A stretch of 62,152 nt of DNA, the filler included, from Basidiobolus ranarum (Eukaryota), in the NCBI GenBank assembly GCA_040143965.1. It is 23 parts of 23 records of this genome, joined end to end, with 100 filler letters (N's around TTAATTAATTAA, not from the genome) between each part and the next. Parts side by side here need not be neighbours in the genome. Positions count along the whole stretch, not along the records: positions 48,763 to 51,361 come from JASJQH010010034.1; positions 51,462 to 54,059 come from JASJQH010010035.1; positions 54,160 to 56,757 come from JASJQH010010036.1; positions 56,858 to 59,455 come from JASJQH010010037.1; positions 59,556 to 62,152 come from JASJQH010010038.1; 18 more parts are not named here. One strand, written 5' to 3'. The position numbers were made by a program, and so were the translations under genes. Under the pieces are notes generated by a model. It did no database searches, was not told where the DNA came from, and saw only the letters and a program-made list of their open reading frames with translations. Of this stretch, positions 48,970-61,152 are shown one piece after another; positions within the stretch are counted from its first letter, which is position 1; the number at the start of each line of letters is the position of its first letter.

Positions 48970-51040
48970 ATTTCAGCAAGATGAAAACCTACCTACACTT
49001 AATGATCTGAAGATTGCTTGCTACCCAACTATTTCTTGAACTCATTATATCAGAAGCCATGAAGCAGTAGCCAACTATATTGACAGCAAAATACAAAGAC
49101 CTAAACATAACCAAAGTATCTACATCATCCTCATTTTGCCTAAGGAAATGGAGATTCAATCAGCCCAAAACTTACAGCAACTATTTACTTTGGAGAGGTC
49201 AAGGACTGTGTATCTAAGCTCAACATTGGTCACTGTGACATGGACTTCATTTCACAGCAAATGAAGATACCTATAATAGTACTCAGAACTTCTTAGCCTC
49301 AGTTATTCAAGAAGCCTGCTGTAACTGGTGACAGACTAGAACAACTCATAGAAACACTTGGAGAAACCACTATTTCAAGGTAGACTCTATTTTCAGAGCT
49401 CCAGCTAGAGTAAGATCTATCTGTACACTAATTGAACCTGGTGATGAGATTCATGAGTATTTGATGGAACCTGAAGAAGCAAGGGAAGTACACAGTTCTA
49501 AAGAGAAAAGAAAAGACACTAGTCAGGATAGGAAGCCAAACAAAAATTTCAAACCTGAACCCAAGACCAAAGTTCAAGTAATAGTATCTTTATCAAAAGA
49601 TACACCAGCTGAAACTAAGAAAAGATGCAAGTAGCAGATGCCTGTTGCTACATCTGTCACTGCATCAAAGATAAGTCCCTAAAGTCACCATTTTCTTAAA
49701 TCACCAACAAAAGGATTTTTGCAATGGTGGAACATCCACAATAAACATTGCCAGCACTCTTCAAGACTGCAAGGAAAGAAAGTGGTAATAACATGGGGCC
49801 TTGTGCAGAGGAGCATTATATTTCTTGGAATCAAGACAAATCCTTTATGCCTGTGCAGTTAAGATAAGAAACAGAAAAGGCTTACTACTCAAGAGCTACA
49901 GGATCTTACAGAGTAATCATAGAAGATCAACTAGTAGCATGTATTATTGATTTAGGCTCAAAAATTTATGCTATCAAGGAAATGTCTTCAAGATACCCAA
50001 ACTTCCTTCAGCTGAAGTCTCTTGGCCCTCAAAAACTGCAAATGATGCTTCTGAGAGAGGATAGCAGTCTGTCATGCACTATCATTGGATATAGGTGTCA
50101 AAGTATCATCACCCTTCTTGATTGTATCTGATGTGCCATCCTTTGACATACTACTTGGAAGACCATATGAAAGAAAAGCCTTGTTGCAAGCTGATAATAC
50201 ATTAGATGATAGTCTATGGTTAGTAATAACTTCAGAGGACAGATGAAAAAGAGCCACATTCTCTGCTAGTGGAGGTATGAATATCAGAAACCAATTGCAT
50301 ATTCCACTAGTAATCAATGAACAACCAAAAGAGGTTTTCACTTACAGTATCTTTTAAACCTGAAAGCATAACTCCACACTCATACACAAAGTACAAGGCA
50401 GCACATAAGAAAGTGAAGCCAGCATCTAGAAAGCCCCCCTTGGCTGAATACAGTGCTGTAGTTAAGGACCCACCAAGCAAAAGTATTACTTGTCTTACAG
50501 AACAAAAATTAAAGGCAACTCATTTTGTTGAGACCTTAACAAATGTAGAGAAGGCACTATTCTTGAATATGCTAAAGAAATACTACCATGTCTTTCCTAT
50601 ACTTATGAAGATAAAGGATGCTTATCAACCAAATATTTTCCTCCAGGCAAGGTACATACAGATGAACATATTTCTTTGGCACTCATGACATATCCAATAC
50701 CAGCATGAGTGTTGAAACAAGTTGTTGGTGTGCACAAGTTAAGATTCAAGAGTGGAGTTATGAATATAACTATGGACCATATAGAAATTAATGGTTCACA
50801 CCACCCCAGAAGGATGAAAAACTCAGATTTATTCAAGATGTCCAGCAGCTATACTAAGTAACAATCTAAGATGCTATGTAACCACCTGTTAGCCATGAGT
50901 TTACTGAGTCCATTCCTGGATACTCATTGCTCACTATTTTAGATCTATACTCAGGATATGATCAACTCTTGCTAAATCCTGACTCTGGAGACTATATTGG
51001 AACAGTTACACCAAAGACGGAATTTAATGACTATCATACA
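48970..51040 (+). mobile_element. Decayed Ty3/Gypsy-type gag-protease-RT start, flanked by CMC transposase scraps
   Basis: Aspartic-protease-like CIIDLGS and FDILLGRP; RT-like LDLYSGYDQ near 50940; CpG-depleted. Confidence 0.65.
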
Positions 51041-51808
51041 TGGTAAAATATTGATCCATATACTTGACATGCATTATCTAATATCCGGATATTTTTGCAA
51101 AACTGATTTTCAAATGGCATAGACTCAGTGTATATTCCGTAAATCAGTAATAAAGATATTCATATCCAATTTCAAAATCTTTGCACAATTGTGATATCTG
51201 CCTGAGATCTGCCAATGTGAGTTGATGCCATAAGAATATACCAACAACATAGCCAAACTACAGCCAACATTTCCAATACTTCTCAGGCTGAGAGCTTTTC
51301 AAAATTCCACTTCAATATATACTAATTTAATACTTGCAGTCTTTGCATTTGAATAAACACCNNNNNNNNNNNNNNNNNNNNNNNNNNNNNNNNNNNNNNN
51401 NNNNNTTAATTAATTAANNNNNNNNNNNNNNNNNNNNNNNNNNNNNNNNNNNNNNNNNNNNTTTCCTTATTTTAGGAAGCTAACTAAAATTTCAAAAAAC
51501 TTGTCAGTCAACAATTGAATATAACACATGCTGATTAGTAGTACAAACGTGTAGTGTGAGAATAGTATGAGTTACTGTGGATCCGACCTCTAGGTAAAAC
51601 AGGTACATACATAAATACTTCTAACAATACGATTTATGTAATGGTTCTGCTGTGTACAAAGATACTTTAGGTCAATACTTGGAATGGCTAGTTTTCATCC
51701 TTAAAGTGCCACTAAAGAGGAAGTCTTAATATAGTATAGCTGGTGATTATATACTGGAGAACTTTTATAAATAGACCTTACAGAAACGTTAAACTTTAGA
51801 AAACAAAC

Positions 51809-52562
51809 ATGTCTTCTGTGGCTGGAACTCTGAAAATTAAGAACCCCGCATCCACTGTAATCATTAGCGATCTTGCTGCTGTTGATGTGGTGCAGGTTGG
51901 ACCTGTCTCTGTCGCAAAGTCTGGGCGGTATGGCATTAATGGAGGATACTTTGAGCCCGATTCAAAGAAAAAAACCTATGGCAAGCTCTTCTCGATTACG
52001 TACTCGATGAATCAAAAAGCAAAAAAGGTCGTTCAGCAACCCATCAAGAGGGGAACTATGATCTGCTATAGAGATATCTGTAGCAACAAATTGAAGGTTG
52101 AAGTTGATGTCTTGAATAATCCAGATGAATTCACCCGCGAAAGACATATAGATGTTTACTGGGCTATTGGGGGAATATAGTCTGCATCTAAATAGCTGCA
52201 AAGTTGAGTACTTGTCCAAGATCAAAAAAGAGACCTCAGCAAGTATCCAAGTACGAGAAGGAGATTGCCGTCATCAATCTGCCATTGGGTTTAGAGAGTT
52301 GGATAGAAAGATCGTGTTGGACAGCTTTCGAAAGGCGTCTCCATCTGAAGTCCGCGATATTATAAAAAAACGTTATCATTGTGATATTGCCATCATGCTG
52401 GATGGAGGGGGCTCCTCACAAATTTCTGGGGTTGGTCCGAAGAACAAGAGAATTGATACGGATTTTACGCGTGGGGTTGGCCTCAAAGCAAAGGATCTCG
52501 CCAAGAGCCGAAAAATATCTTCAATGATTGCTGTGTCCCCCTCCAAATGGATTGATGTATAA
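51809..52562 (+). pseudogene. Phosphodiester glycosidase (NAGPA/DUF2233)-like gene of about 250 aa with one +1 frameshift
   Basis: GINGGYF, RGT, WAIGG, SAIGF and IAIMLDGGGSSQ. Removing one base near 52175 fuses the two ORFs (WAIGG-YSLHL). TATAAATA at 51766, AAACAAACATG start context, intronless. Confidence 0.8.
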
Positions 52563-54159
52563 GCATGAAAGTGCTCCTTGTCGGTCAGCATTACAAACAG
52601 AAGAAGGTATAGTGTTCTATCGTGGCACAATGTCAAATCTATCTTTAATAAATTATACTCGTATAATAATGTTCTATTCTGAGCTTTGCATTGGATAATG
52701 TATCTACTAGTAGTGGTAAATAGTGGTGGTAAATAATGCGACTTATGTATCCACTGTTAGCGGTAAATACTTCAAGCCTCCTTACTACTCGAATAATTTC
52801 CTAGGCTCTTCATCAGTTTGCCATTTTCACCATACTTGGTTAATGAAATTGAGTATGAATCCAAGAATTTTATGGGAAATCGATCACTAAAATATTAGGG
52901 GTTAGCTAAATAATCCAAAACGAGATTACTGATTAAAAAGCAAACTTGAAAGAATCAAGCTGACATTATTCAAATTGCATACCTAATCTCTTATAAAATC
53001 TGTGAGTAACGGTACACAAGTTTCTGATTCTAAATTATACAACCCATATTTACAATAGTGTTCTTTCGATTTGTTGTTTCTGCTATTCTTGAATATTATA
53101 TTGTTTACTTGCTCAATATGAAAAATATCTAATTCGTTACTTATTATCATTAACTACTGTCTTACTGAAGTATTGCACACGACGATATTGCACACAAACG
53201 GAATTGTCTAATAAACTTGAGTTTGGCGAAATACGTAGGAGACTCGAAGTGGTAGCAACCATCACATCTGTTACATGGCAAGAGCACCTTGAGAATATCA
53301 AAGTCATGCAGCAATCTATACTCGCCATCTCGATGTATCATAGCTAACGTTTTGCAACCACACAACCAATGCTAACCATAGTAATGGACTATGAAGGAAT
53401 TTTATTGAATTGAAACTTTACCCCGATTATGCTACAAGTTAGTACTAGTATAAACCCCTCATGCTTCAGAGTTCTGGAATTATTAGAAGCTTACTTCTCA
53501 ATACCAGTAGTGCCATGAAATATTCTCTTCCGTTAGTTTAAAAACCCGGGTATATTCTGTTGCAAGAGTGTACTGAGAGATATACCGTCACACATGTGCA
53601 ATACGCCACCCTGTAGCTTCGATGGGGCTGAATGAAAGATTGTCACATTTCAGAAACATGCGATACTAATACGGAAAATTGGGAACTACATATCTAGATC
53701 GCGATTGTTGCGACGAGTTAAGAATGTACTACCATTAAATTTAGAACTCGCTTATTCACAGCAACTATGGGCTATACAAGTGGTCTCTATCTCTTTTAAA
53801 AAACGCTGTTCTCATGAAGGAATTCAGCCTAATCTTAACCCGCTCCTCATACGATGGAAATCATAGTGTTGAGTGTCAGGGTAGGTCACTCCAGCTAAAG
53901 TAGATACAGATTATATAACTGATCCTTTTTGACACTGCTATAAGAGTGTATTGATGATCATCAGTATACAACCAGAGTGTTAGATGCTTAAGAAGTATTT
54001 TTATTCATGATCTTTACCAGAGAATTATACATTGCATCAGCATGAGCGAGACATAGTCTNNNNNNNNNNNNNNNNNNNNNNNNNNNNNNNNNNNNNNNNN
54101 NNNTTAATTAATTAANNNNNNNNNNNNNNNNNNNNNNNNNNNNNNNNNNNNNNNNNNNN

Positions 54160-55695
54160 CCTCTTGTCATTGTATCCAGTCCTTGTCCAGTTGCTTATTA
54201 AGACACTATGTCCCTCAGCTGTAGGTTATCTCACTGATAACAAATTTTGCTTTCCCAGGCCCATATAGCACATTTCTCAATGTCAAATGCATGTCCCCAG
54301 AGATGCCCCCAAGATCCACTTCAATTTCTCCCACTACCAGAGCTTCTAGTTGCTGGTCATCTCCCATATAAACCTTCTTGTTTATGTCAGTTTTAAGTGT
54401 CTTAAACCAGTGTTTTTGATTTGAGAAATGTTGAGAAGCTTCAGAATCAATATAACACAACCTACAGTTTTGTTCAGAGGACACTGATGGGGCAGAAATG
54501 AATAAAACTTCCTCTTTGGTTGCAACCTGATTTGCTGTTCTGACCTCTCATTTTTGTTGGATTTTCTTGATTTGCAATCCTTTAACTGATTTCCTGGTCT
54601 GTTACAACCATAGGATAAACCTGGTTTCCTTCTTCTGTAACTATTGTACTTGCAAAAGCTCTGTTTTACAGCTCCAAAAAGAGCCATTTCCTCAGATTCT
54701 TTTTCCAAATTCTTACTTCTGAGATGTTTATCCATTAGCCTGGCCACCACAAACTCCAAAGACAACTTCCTAGATCTTGCTTCCCAAGCTGTGACCAAAT
54801 TTGAATACTGTTCTGGTAGACTACTTAGAAGAGTCATAATTACATCTTCTTCCTCTAAAGTTGCACCAATATTTTCCAGTTGTTTTGCCAAAGATCTGAC
54901 ATTTGCAATATGAGTAACAATGCTGTCAGACTTTTCCATCTTTATATTGAAGAATTTTTGTCTGAGAAAGTCTAATAACAAGACTCTTGGCTTCATAACA
55001 CTCTTCCTAAATAGTCCAAGCTTGATGGGAAGTCTTTGCATATTGAAAAATTTCAATTATCGATCCCTCAAACTTTGACATATGACTTAAAGGCCTTCTT
55101 GTCTGTTTTCTTGTAAGCTTCCAGTGAAGAAGGTTCAGAAGGTTAATTTTCATCTCCAGAGACTACATCACAAAGCCCCCTGTCTTCCAGCTTGATTTGA
55201 ATCTTGAACTCCCAGAAATTGAAATTTACACTATCAATCTTTTCAAAAATAGTGTTAATAAGAGTGGTAGCAGTGTTTTCTGTCATGCTGTAAAGATTAG
55301 CCCACAGGGCTCATAACCTTTTGGGAAAATATAGGCTGACTCAAGGAACACTTGAAAGGTGGAGTTGTAAATAGTTTTGTGCTATAGTTATTTATTGTCC
55401 ACAAATGAAGCATTTATACATTTTGATTGAAATACAAAAAGTTAACACTGGGGTTCTGCTTAGAACATCTGTGGGAGTAATATGAGCTATCTTTGGGGCA
55501 TTTGGATGAGTTTGAAACTTCCAATATTGAATTGCTAATTCTTGCATTGCTCACATATATATATAATAAATGTTCCTATTTGTAGTGAGGCAATGATCTA
55601 TTAAGTAATCTTAACTATCTCATATGCAATATATGAGATAGACAGGTGTATAAAGATAGAGATAACAAATATGATAAAGTCAATAAACTTCAACA
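54160..55695 (-). mobile_element. Copia family A 5' end: LTR 55319-55695, PBS 55307-55318, gag from ATG 55286, protease
   Basis: PBS GGTTATGAGCCC; EKIDSVNFNFWEFKI, LENIGATLEEEDVIMTLLSSLP, YIDSEASQH. Confidence 0.93.
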
Positions 55696-55849
55696 CTGTG
55701 CTTAAAATACACATATTCTGGATGAAACTTGACCTGAGAGGATATTATTATGTCAAATTGGGCAGAGATATTGAGGACAGGAGATCTACAAAAGTATGCT
55801 TATTTCTTTGCCGTAGGTTTTACTTATGATGGCATACATATCATTATGG

Positions 55850-56757
55850 TGTTCTGCCTGCAATTCCCTTATTGTAATAATTCTATCCAAGTTTTCTATG
55901 GGTTTCATAGTGGGCAAAGTAGCCATTTTAGGAGTTGATGGTCTTGAAGGTGTTACAGTTGAGCTTTGCTCAACTATTGATTTACTATGTAATTAGGGGA
56001 TCACAATCTTTTCACTTGCACTATTGTGGGAAAGGAACACATTGGGTAAATTGATTAATGCTTCTTCATTACTTGAGTAAGTTTCCGGCATGTTGATGCA
56101 TTCCAAAGTGGATAGTGGATCAATAGACTGCTCATCAATTGAGTCCTCTGCTCTTGCTGGTTTTTTTCCTTTTGTGCCAGCAGACTTTGGCTTGGAAGCC
56201 AATTTTGCCTTAGATTTTGAACACTCTTTGAATGGCATTGAAATTTTCAGATGGTAATTTAGTGTTATGAAATTGCTTAGAAACAGCTTATAATAATCAA
56301 CTATTGCCATCTATTACCGGAAGTTTATACCCAAAATACCACCCTTACATGGGAGGTGTTCTTTTTTCTGCAATATCCTTCTCATGCAGTAATACAAACA
56401 TTTAAAGAAGCCCTGCTATTATTGTTGCAAATTCTTGTACTATGAAAGCTGGAGGCTTCATAGAAAAAATAATCTCAAGCCCAATCACTGTGCAAAGCCA
56501 CCAGCTGCACAAAGCCTTGCGTATAACAATGGTAATAAGTGCTCTAAATCAACTTTAGTTTTGCCCTTTGAGTCCACTGACTGTAGTTTGCCTCAAAGTT
56601 TTGGTAACACTGCCAAAAGTTTAGATACCATGGATTTATCACAGTTTTACAGTAAAGGAAGCAGCTTTGATTATTGAGGAGTGGAGAGTTCAATCCAATC
56701 TTAGCAACCAGGTGTTTATTGGCTTTCTTACACTTTTACCACAGTTGATTGGCAACT
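55850..56757. mobile_element. CACTA/CMC central region: ORF2 start (minus strand) and transposase start (plus strand)
   Basis: Inverse homolog of about 6930-8049, with the same divergent layout. Confidence 0.75.
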
Positions 56758-56857
56758 NNNNNNNNNNNNNNNNNNNNNNNNNNNNNNNNNNNNNNNNNNN
56801 NTTAATTAATTAANNNNNNNNNNNNNNNNNNNNNNNNNNNNNNNNNNNNNNNNNNNN

Positions 56858-58201
56858 TGGGAGGGACATGTGATTACTGATGTAATCAGCAAACTTACAA
56901 CTACTACCAACTCAATCCCCCAGCAAGACCCAGATTCCAGAATCTGCCCACTGCAAAATGAAAGGAACAATCTTATTAAGCAATGCCACCTACTAGGACA
57001 CTTTGTAGCTGATACACTTATGAAGAAGTTGCACTCCAATGGATACCACTAGCCCAACAACAAGGCTGACTGCCTTGATTGTGTAAAGTCTTGCAGAGAA
57101 TGTCAACTTTACAATATCACAAGCCATGGATTTCACCCTTAGACTGCAATACATGCTGAACTCCCTATGGATCATATTGTTATAGATCTAGCTGGACCTT
57201 TCATAACCAGTGATGATGGAAATCACTACCTCTTTGTGATAGTAGATGTATGTACACATTTTGTTTTTCTTAAAGCTCTACCAGGCAAATTTGCTATCAC
57301 CATTGGCCAAGCCTTAGTCAAGCTATTCTACCTCTTTGGATTTCCCAAAATCATTCAATCTGATAATGGAACTGAGTTTGTTAACCAAGTCATCAAAGAA
57401 CTCTGCCATAATTCTGCCATTGATCACAGACTGATCACTCCCTATCATCCTAAAGCCAATGGACTTGCCAAAAGATATGTTCAAACCTCTGCAAACATAA
57501 TCCAAAAATCCATCAAAGGAGTGAAGAAGAATTGGGACAAGTCAATACCAATGGTTTAATATGCTATCAACATCAAGATTGCTACACTCAATGGATCCAC
57601 TCCATTTTCACTTATGTTTGGAAGAATGTTCAACCCACTACAGAACTATCAAGATGTTCTACTCAAACCAATCAACACTGAAGACCTAGTCAAATGCCTT
57701 CAATTTCTAACAGATATAGTCTACCCTGGAATCAACTCAAGAAGCAAAAGTAGTCAACAGAAGATGATATCCAAGCACACTTCTAGGCACAAGACCACTA
57801 GTTTTCCTGAAGGTTTGTTTGACATGACTTTAGAACCCATCCGCCAATCCAAACTTGATCCCAAGTATGAAGGTCCCTTCAAGATTATCAGAAGAACCAC
57901 TGGAGGATCTTATGTACTCCAAGATAACACTGGAGCCCTACTACCCAAGAACTTTGCACCATATTCCCTGAAACTTATTTCACAAGATCCAATATCTATG
58001 GAATCATATGAAGTAGAAGCCATAGTTGATCATGATGGTGAAGAACCCAACTGCCTTTACTTGGTGAAGTGGAAAGGTTACAATGCCAAACACAATACCT
58101 GGGAGCCCTATAGCCACTTTGATGATATCTCTATCATTGACCAATATTGGAAATGTAGAGAATCATCTACTAAGAAGAGTCCTCATCCAGGGAGGGAATG
58201 A
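56858..58201 (+). pseudogene. Second chromoviral Ty3/Gypsy integrase plus chromodomain
   Basis: H..GH and CRECQ zinc motif, IDLAGPF, FGFPKIIQSDNGTEF, PYHPKANG, YEGPF, YEVEAIVDH...YLVKWKGY..NTWEP. Confidence 0.95.
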
Positions 58202-58819
58202 TGTTGTGCACCAACATACAAAGTTGCTTAAGCTTATGCCATATCTTTACAACTTGTTTGAATATCTGTTTGGTTTATCATTATTGCTAACTAGCCACCT
58301 GACCTTGTCCAGTGACTTTATCATGTGGCCTATCACCTGACTAACTATCTGTTTGCTTATCCTTTCTATTAGATCATAAAACTAATCACATGATCAGTTT
58401 TGAATAAGTATTAGCCTCTGAGTCATCTGCCAAGACACAAGTCAATATGAGTCACAAGATTCATAACCAATAATCTTTCACTGCCAAGACTTCAGCTGAT
58501 GCGCGACTCACTTATCTATCTATATATCTATCCAATCACATTATCTTTTATTAGAATTAGTCATCTAATATCTTGGCACTGACTAATTCACTTTGCTATC
58601 AAAGAGTATAAATAAAGCTAACTGAACCTTTTTGGTTTAGTGTGTATCTCAACAAATGTAAGATCTCAACACTTCTCAGTGTTTCTCAACAAATTCAATA
58701 TTCCCCTCTCATTTCTATCCAAACCTAGTATCCACTAGCACCTACAGAACACCCAGCCTAGCTGCCTAGGAAACTTACTCTCTACCATAACATAGCAACC
58801 CACTGCTATTCCCAAGACA
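58202..58819 (+). mobile_element. Probable 3' LTR (family F)
   Basis: Follows PPT AGGGAGGGAA; TG start, TATAAATAAA inside, candidate ...AAGACA end. Single copy, so the right boundary is uncertain. Confidence 0.6.
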
Positions 58820-58949
58820 TATATTAGTTAGATCTGCTCTGCTTATATATCCTGCATAAACAGTTCTAAGATTCTGCACTTAACTGTTTCTTTGTTTCAG
58901 CAAAGTTCAAGACTTTTTATCCACTTTTCTCTTGGACACAACAACATGT

Positions 58950-59103
58950 ATGAATACCATCAAGATACCATCAAGAAACCACCATCACACCATCAAAATC
59001 TCTGGCAGAATGCAAGTCACTAATATTGTGATGGTTCTCTGATGGTTTTGCTCTTTCAGAGGTTGGATCCAGTACTGATCATGTTGATTTTATTTTTTTA
59101 GGG
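58950..59103 (-). mobile_element. CACTA/CMC end 'L'
   Basis: Homologous to 5605-5760, ending TTTTTAGGG. Confidence 0.75.
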
Positions 59104-59774
59104 ACAGTTGTGGTTTCATCCTTATCATTATCATCATCTTCTTTTTCTTCTTCTTCAATCAAGCTAGGCTCATTGGAACAATTATGCATAATGGTTGGCA
59201 CATCTGAGTGTGGAACACTACATCCATGTATTGATATATCTACTTGGCTAATCTTTTGTTTGTCAGACCTATTGCTCGCAATTTCTTCCTCATTGTGAGT
59301 CTGATCAGTAGAGACATCATCACCAACAAGTGTTGGATTAAGCTATAAATTGCTAGTCTGCATGCCATTCAAAATATCTAATAACATGGTTCTTGTATCT
59401 GAATGAAATCTACTGTCTATATAGCCTTCTAGCTTGGTAATTCTTTGCCTAGCCTNNNNNNNNNNNNNNNNNNNNNNNNNNNNNNNNNNNNNNNNNNNNT
59501 TAATTAATTAANNNNNNNNNNNNNNNNNNNNNNNNNNNNNNNNNNNNNNNNNNNNAAATATTTGATTAATGTAACAATTAGACACTCCATACATGATATG
59601 GTTCAACTTGATTAGGGCAAAAGGGATGTGTATTCATTTCTGTCTACGTTGAAAATTTCTATAATATCTCTTTGATAAAACGAATACCAATTATCTACCT
59701 TTCATTAATCAAATCGCACTTCGCTATACATCCAATAACCACTTACTATGTTTTCGTACAATTAGAAGTTAAAA

Positions 59775-59856
59775 TGATGAGAGTGGGGTTCGAACCCACG
59801 CCTCCTGGGAGACTGCGACCTGAACGCAGCGCCTTAGACCACTCGGCCATCTCACC
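59775..59856 (-). tRNA. tRNA-Leu(CAG), intronless, 82 nt
   Basis: GGTGAGA/TCTCATC acceptor stem, A73 discriminator, TGGCCGAGTGG box A, CTGCG-TTCAGGT-CGCAG anticodon arm, long variable arm, GGTTCGAACCC box B, TTTT terminator. Confidence 0.97.
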
Positions 59857-60807
59857 AATTGTTAAACTGTAACGAAATTGGATTACTGAACAAAAAGCGA
59901 TGGGAAATTCAGAGACAATATAATGTCTCAATCTTCTCAATATTTTGAACACATATAGCCAATAACCTAACCACCAAGTTTTATGCCTTTACCTTTCCTA
60001 CACGCCCCACAATTGCCAAAATTGTTACAAAAATGCACATATCTCTGGAACCGCTGGATGAAACATGATCAAACTTTAGGGAAATAAATCTCTACGATAT
60101 TCCTACTAAAGATAGGAACTTATAAACCAACCAACGTCGCAAACAAAAGTTACATGATATCGGAAATGGGTCGTCATCTTTGCTTACAAGTGTCGAATTT
60201 ATCACACTCCCAAATCCGACAGAAATACCACCCGGTTTTCCCCTAATCAATCCTATAAAAATAGCATAATCGAAATAAGGTTAATCAGTCAATTTATCAG
60301 TGAATCAAGTCCCGAAATTGCACTCACCTCAGGAACCAGGCTGAACAACATTCCCTCTTTTCTCTTTATTGTTTCGTTTGGTGTCCATTATTCGATAAGG
60401 AATATTACATCCTGTGTGTATTGTAATGAGTACATTTGTATACACTCTTTGAATGCTTAACCAATAGAAAATAGAGTATGTCTTTTGTTTTAAAAATTTA
60501 AACACTAGAGCTAAATACTCTAATTGCATTACTTATTAACGGTTAATTACATATTTTTGTTAAGGCAAAAGATGTATCAGGTAGTAGACTCAACTTCTGA
60601 ACATTTTACGCACGAATGGCTATGCTAATGCTCATCAAGTACACCAAGAAGAGTCAATTTTATCATAAATACCAACAATTTAATGGTTGATCATTTCATT
60701 TATTCAACAAATCATCTAGTAGTTTAAGAGAATGCGTTCTTGTGTAGTCAACAAATGAAATATATAAATGATCGTGTAATAAATGCAGGTGTAATAATGA
60801 CTTTGAA

Positions 60808-61152
60808 TTATTGAATAGTAGCAACAACTTTGATGCCATCTTTGAGGCATAAAATTGCGCGAATGTTTAATCCCAATGCGTTAATACTTGCATCAATATC
60901 AGGGGGACATTGTGTGCTTGGGTTCGATAACATATCAGTAGGCAACTCTTCCTCACTCTTTAGGCAAACAACCGCGGCAACATTCACTTCGGAAACTCTG
61001 ATCTTGGCATTAACATCATCACAATTACCAGGAGTGAAGGGTATACTATTTGGCCCAGTGTTGACCTTTACTGAAGCATCCAATGGTAATGGAGCAGCAA
61101 CTGCGGAAAAAATCGTGCAGAGTATAACTAGCAAGGCAAGAATGAAACGCAT
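60808..61152 (-). CDS. Small secreted Cys-containing protein (114 aa) with an internal duplication
   Basis: Signal peptide MRFILALLVILCTIFSAVA/AP; two C-x(18-19)-CLK units; TATAAATA about 60 nt upstream (61213-61220). Confidence 0.8.
   Translation of the reverse strand: MRFILALLVILCTIFSAVAAPLPLDASVKVNTGPNSIPFTPGNCDDVNAKIRVSEVNVAAVVCLKSEEELPTDMLSNPSTQCPPDIDASINALGLNIRAILCLKDGIKVVATIQ

Noticed and set aside
52698..52770. Short imperfect repeats (ATGTATC.ACT.TAG.GGTAAATA) after the NAGPA-like gene
   Set aside because: Only two to three degenerate units with no unique-spacer structure; not CRISPR-like.
59775..59856. tRNA(CAG) as a CUG-reassigning Ser/Ala tRNA
   Set aside because: It has Leu identity features (A73, U33, G37); ordinary tRNA-Leu.
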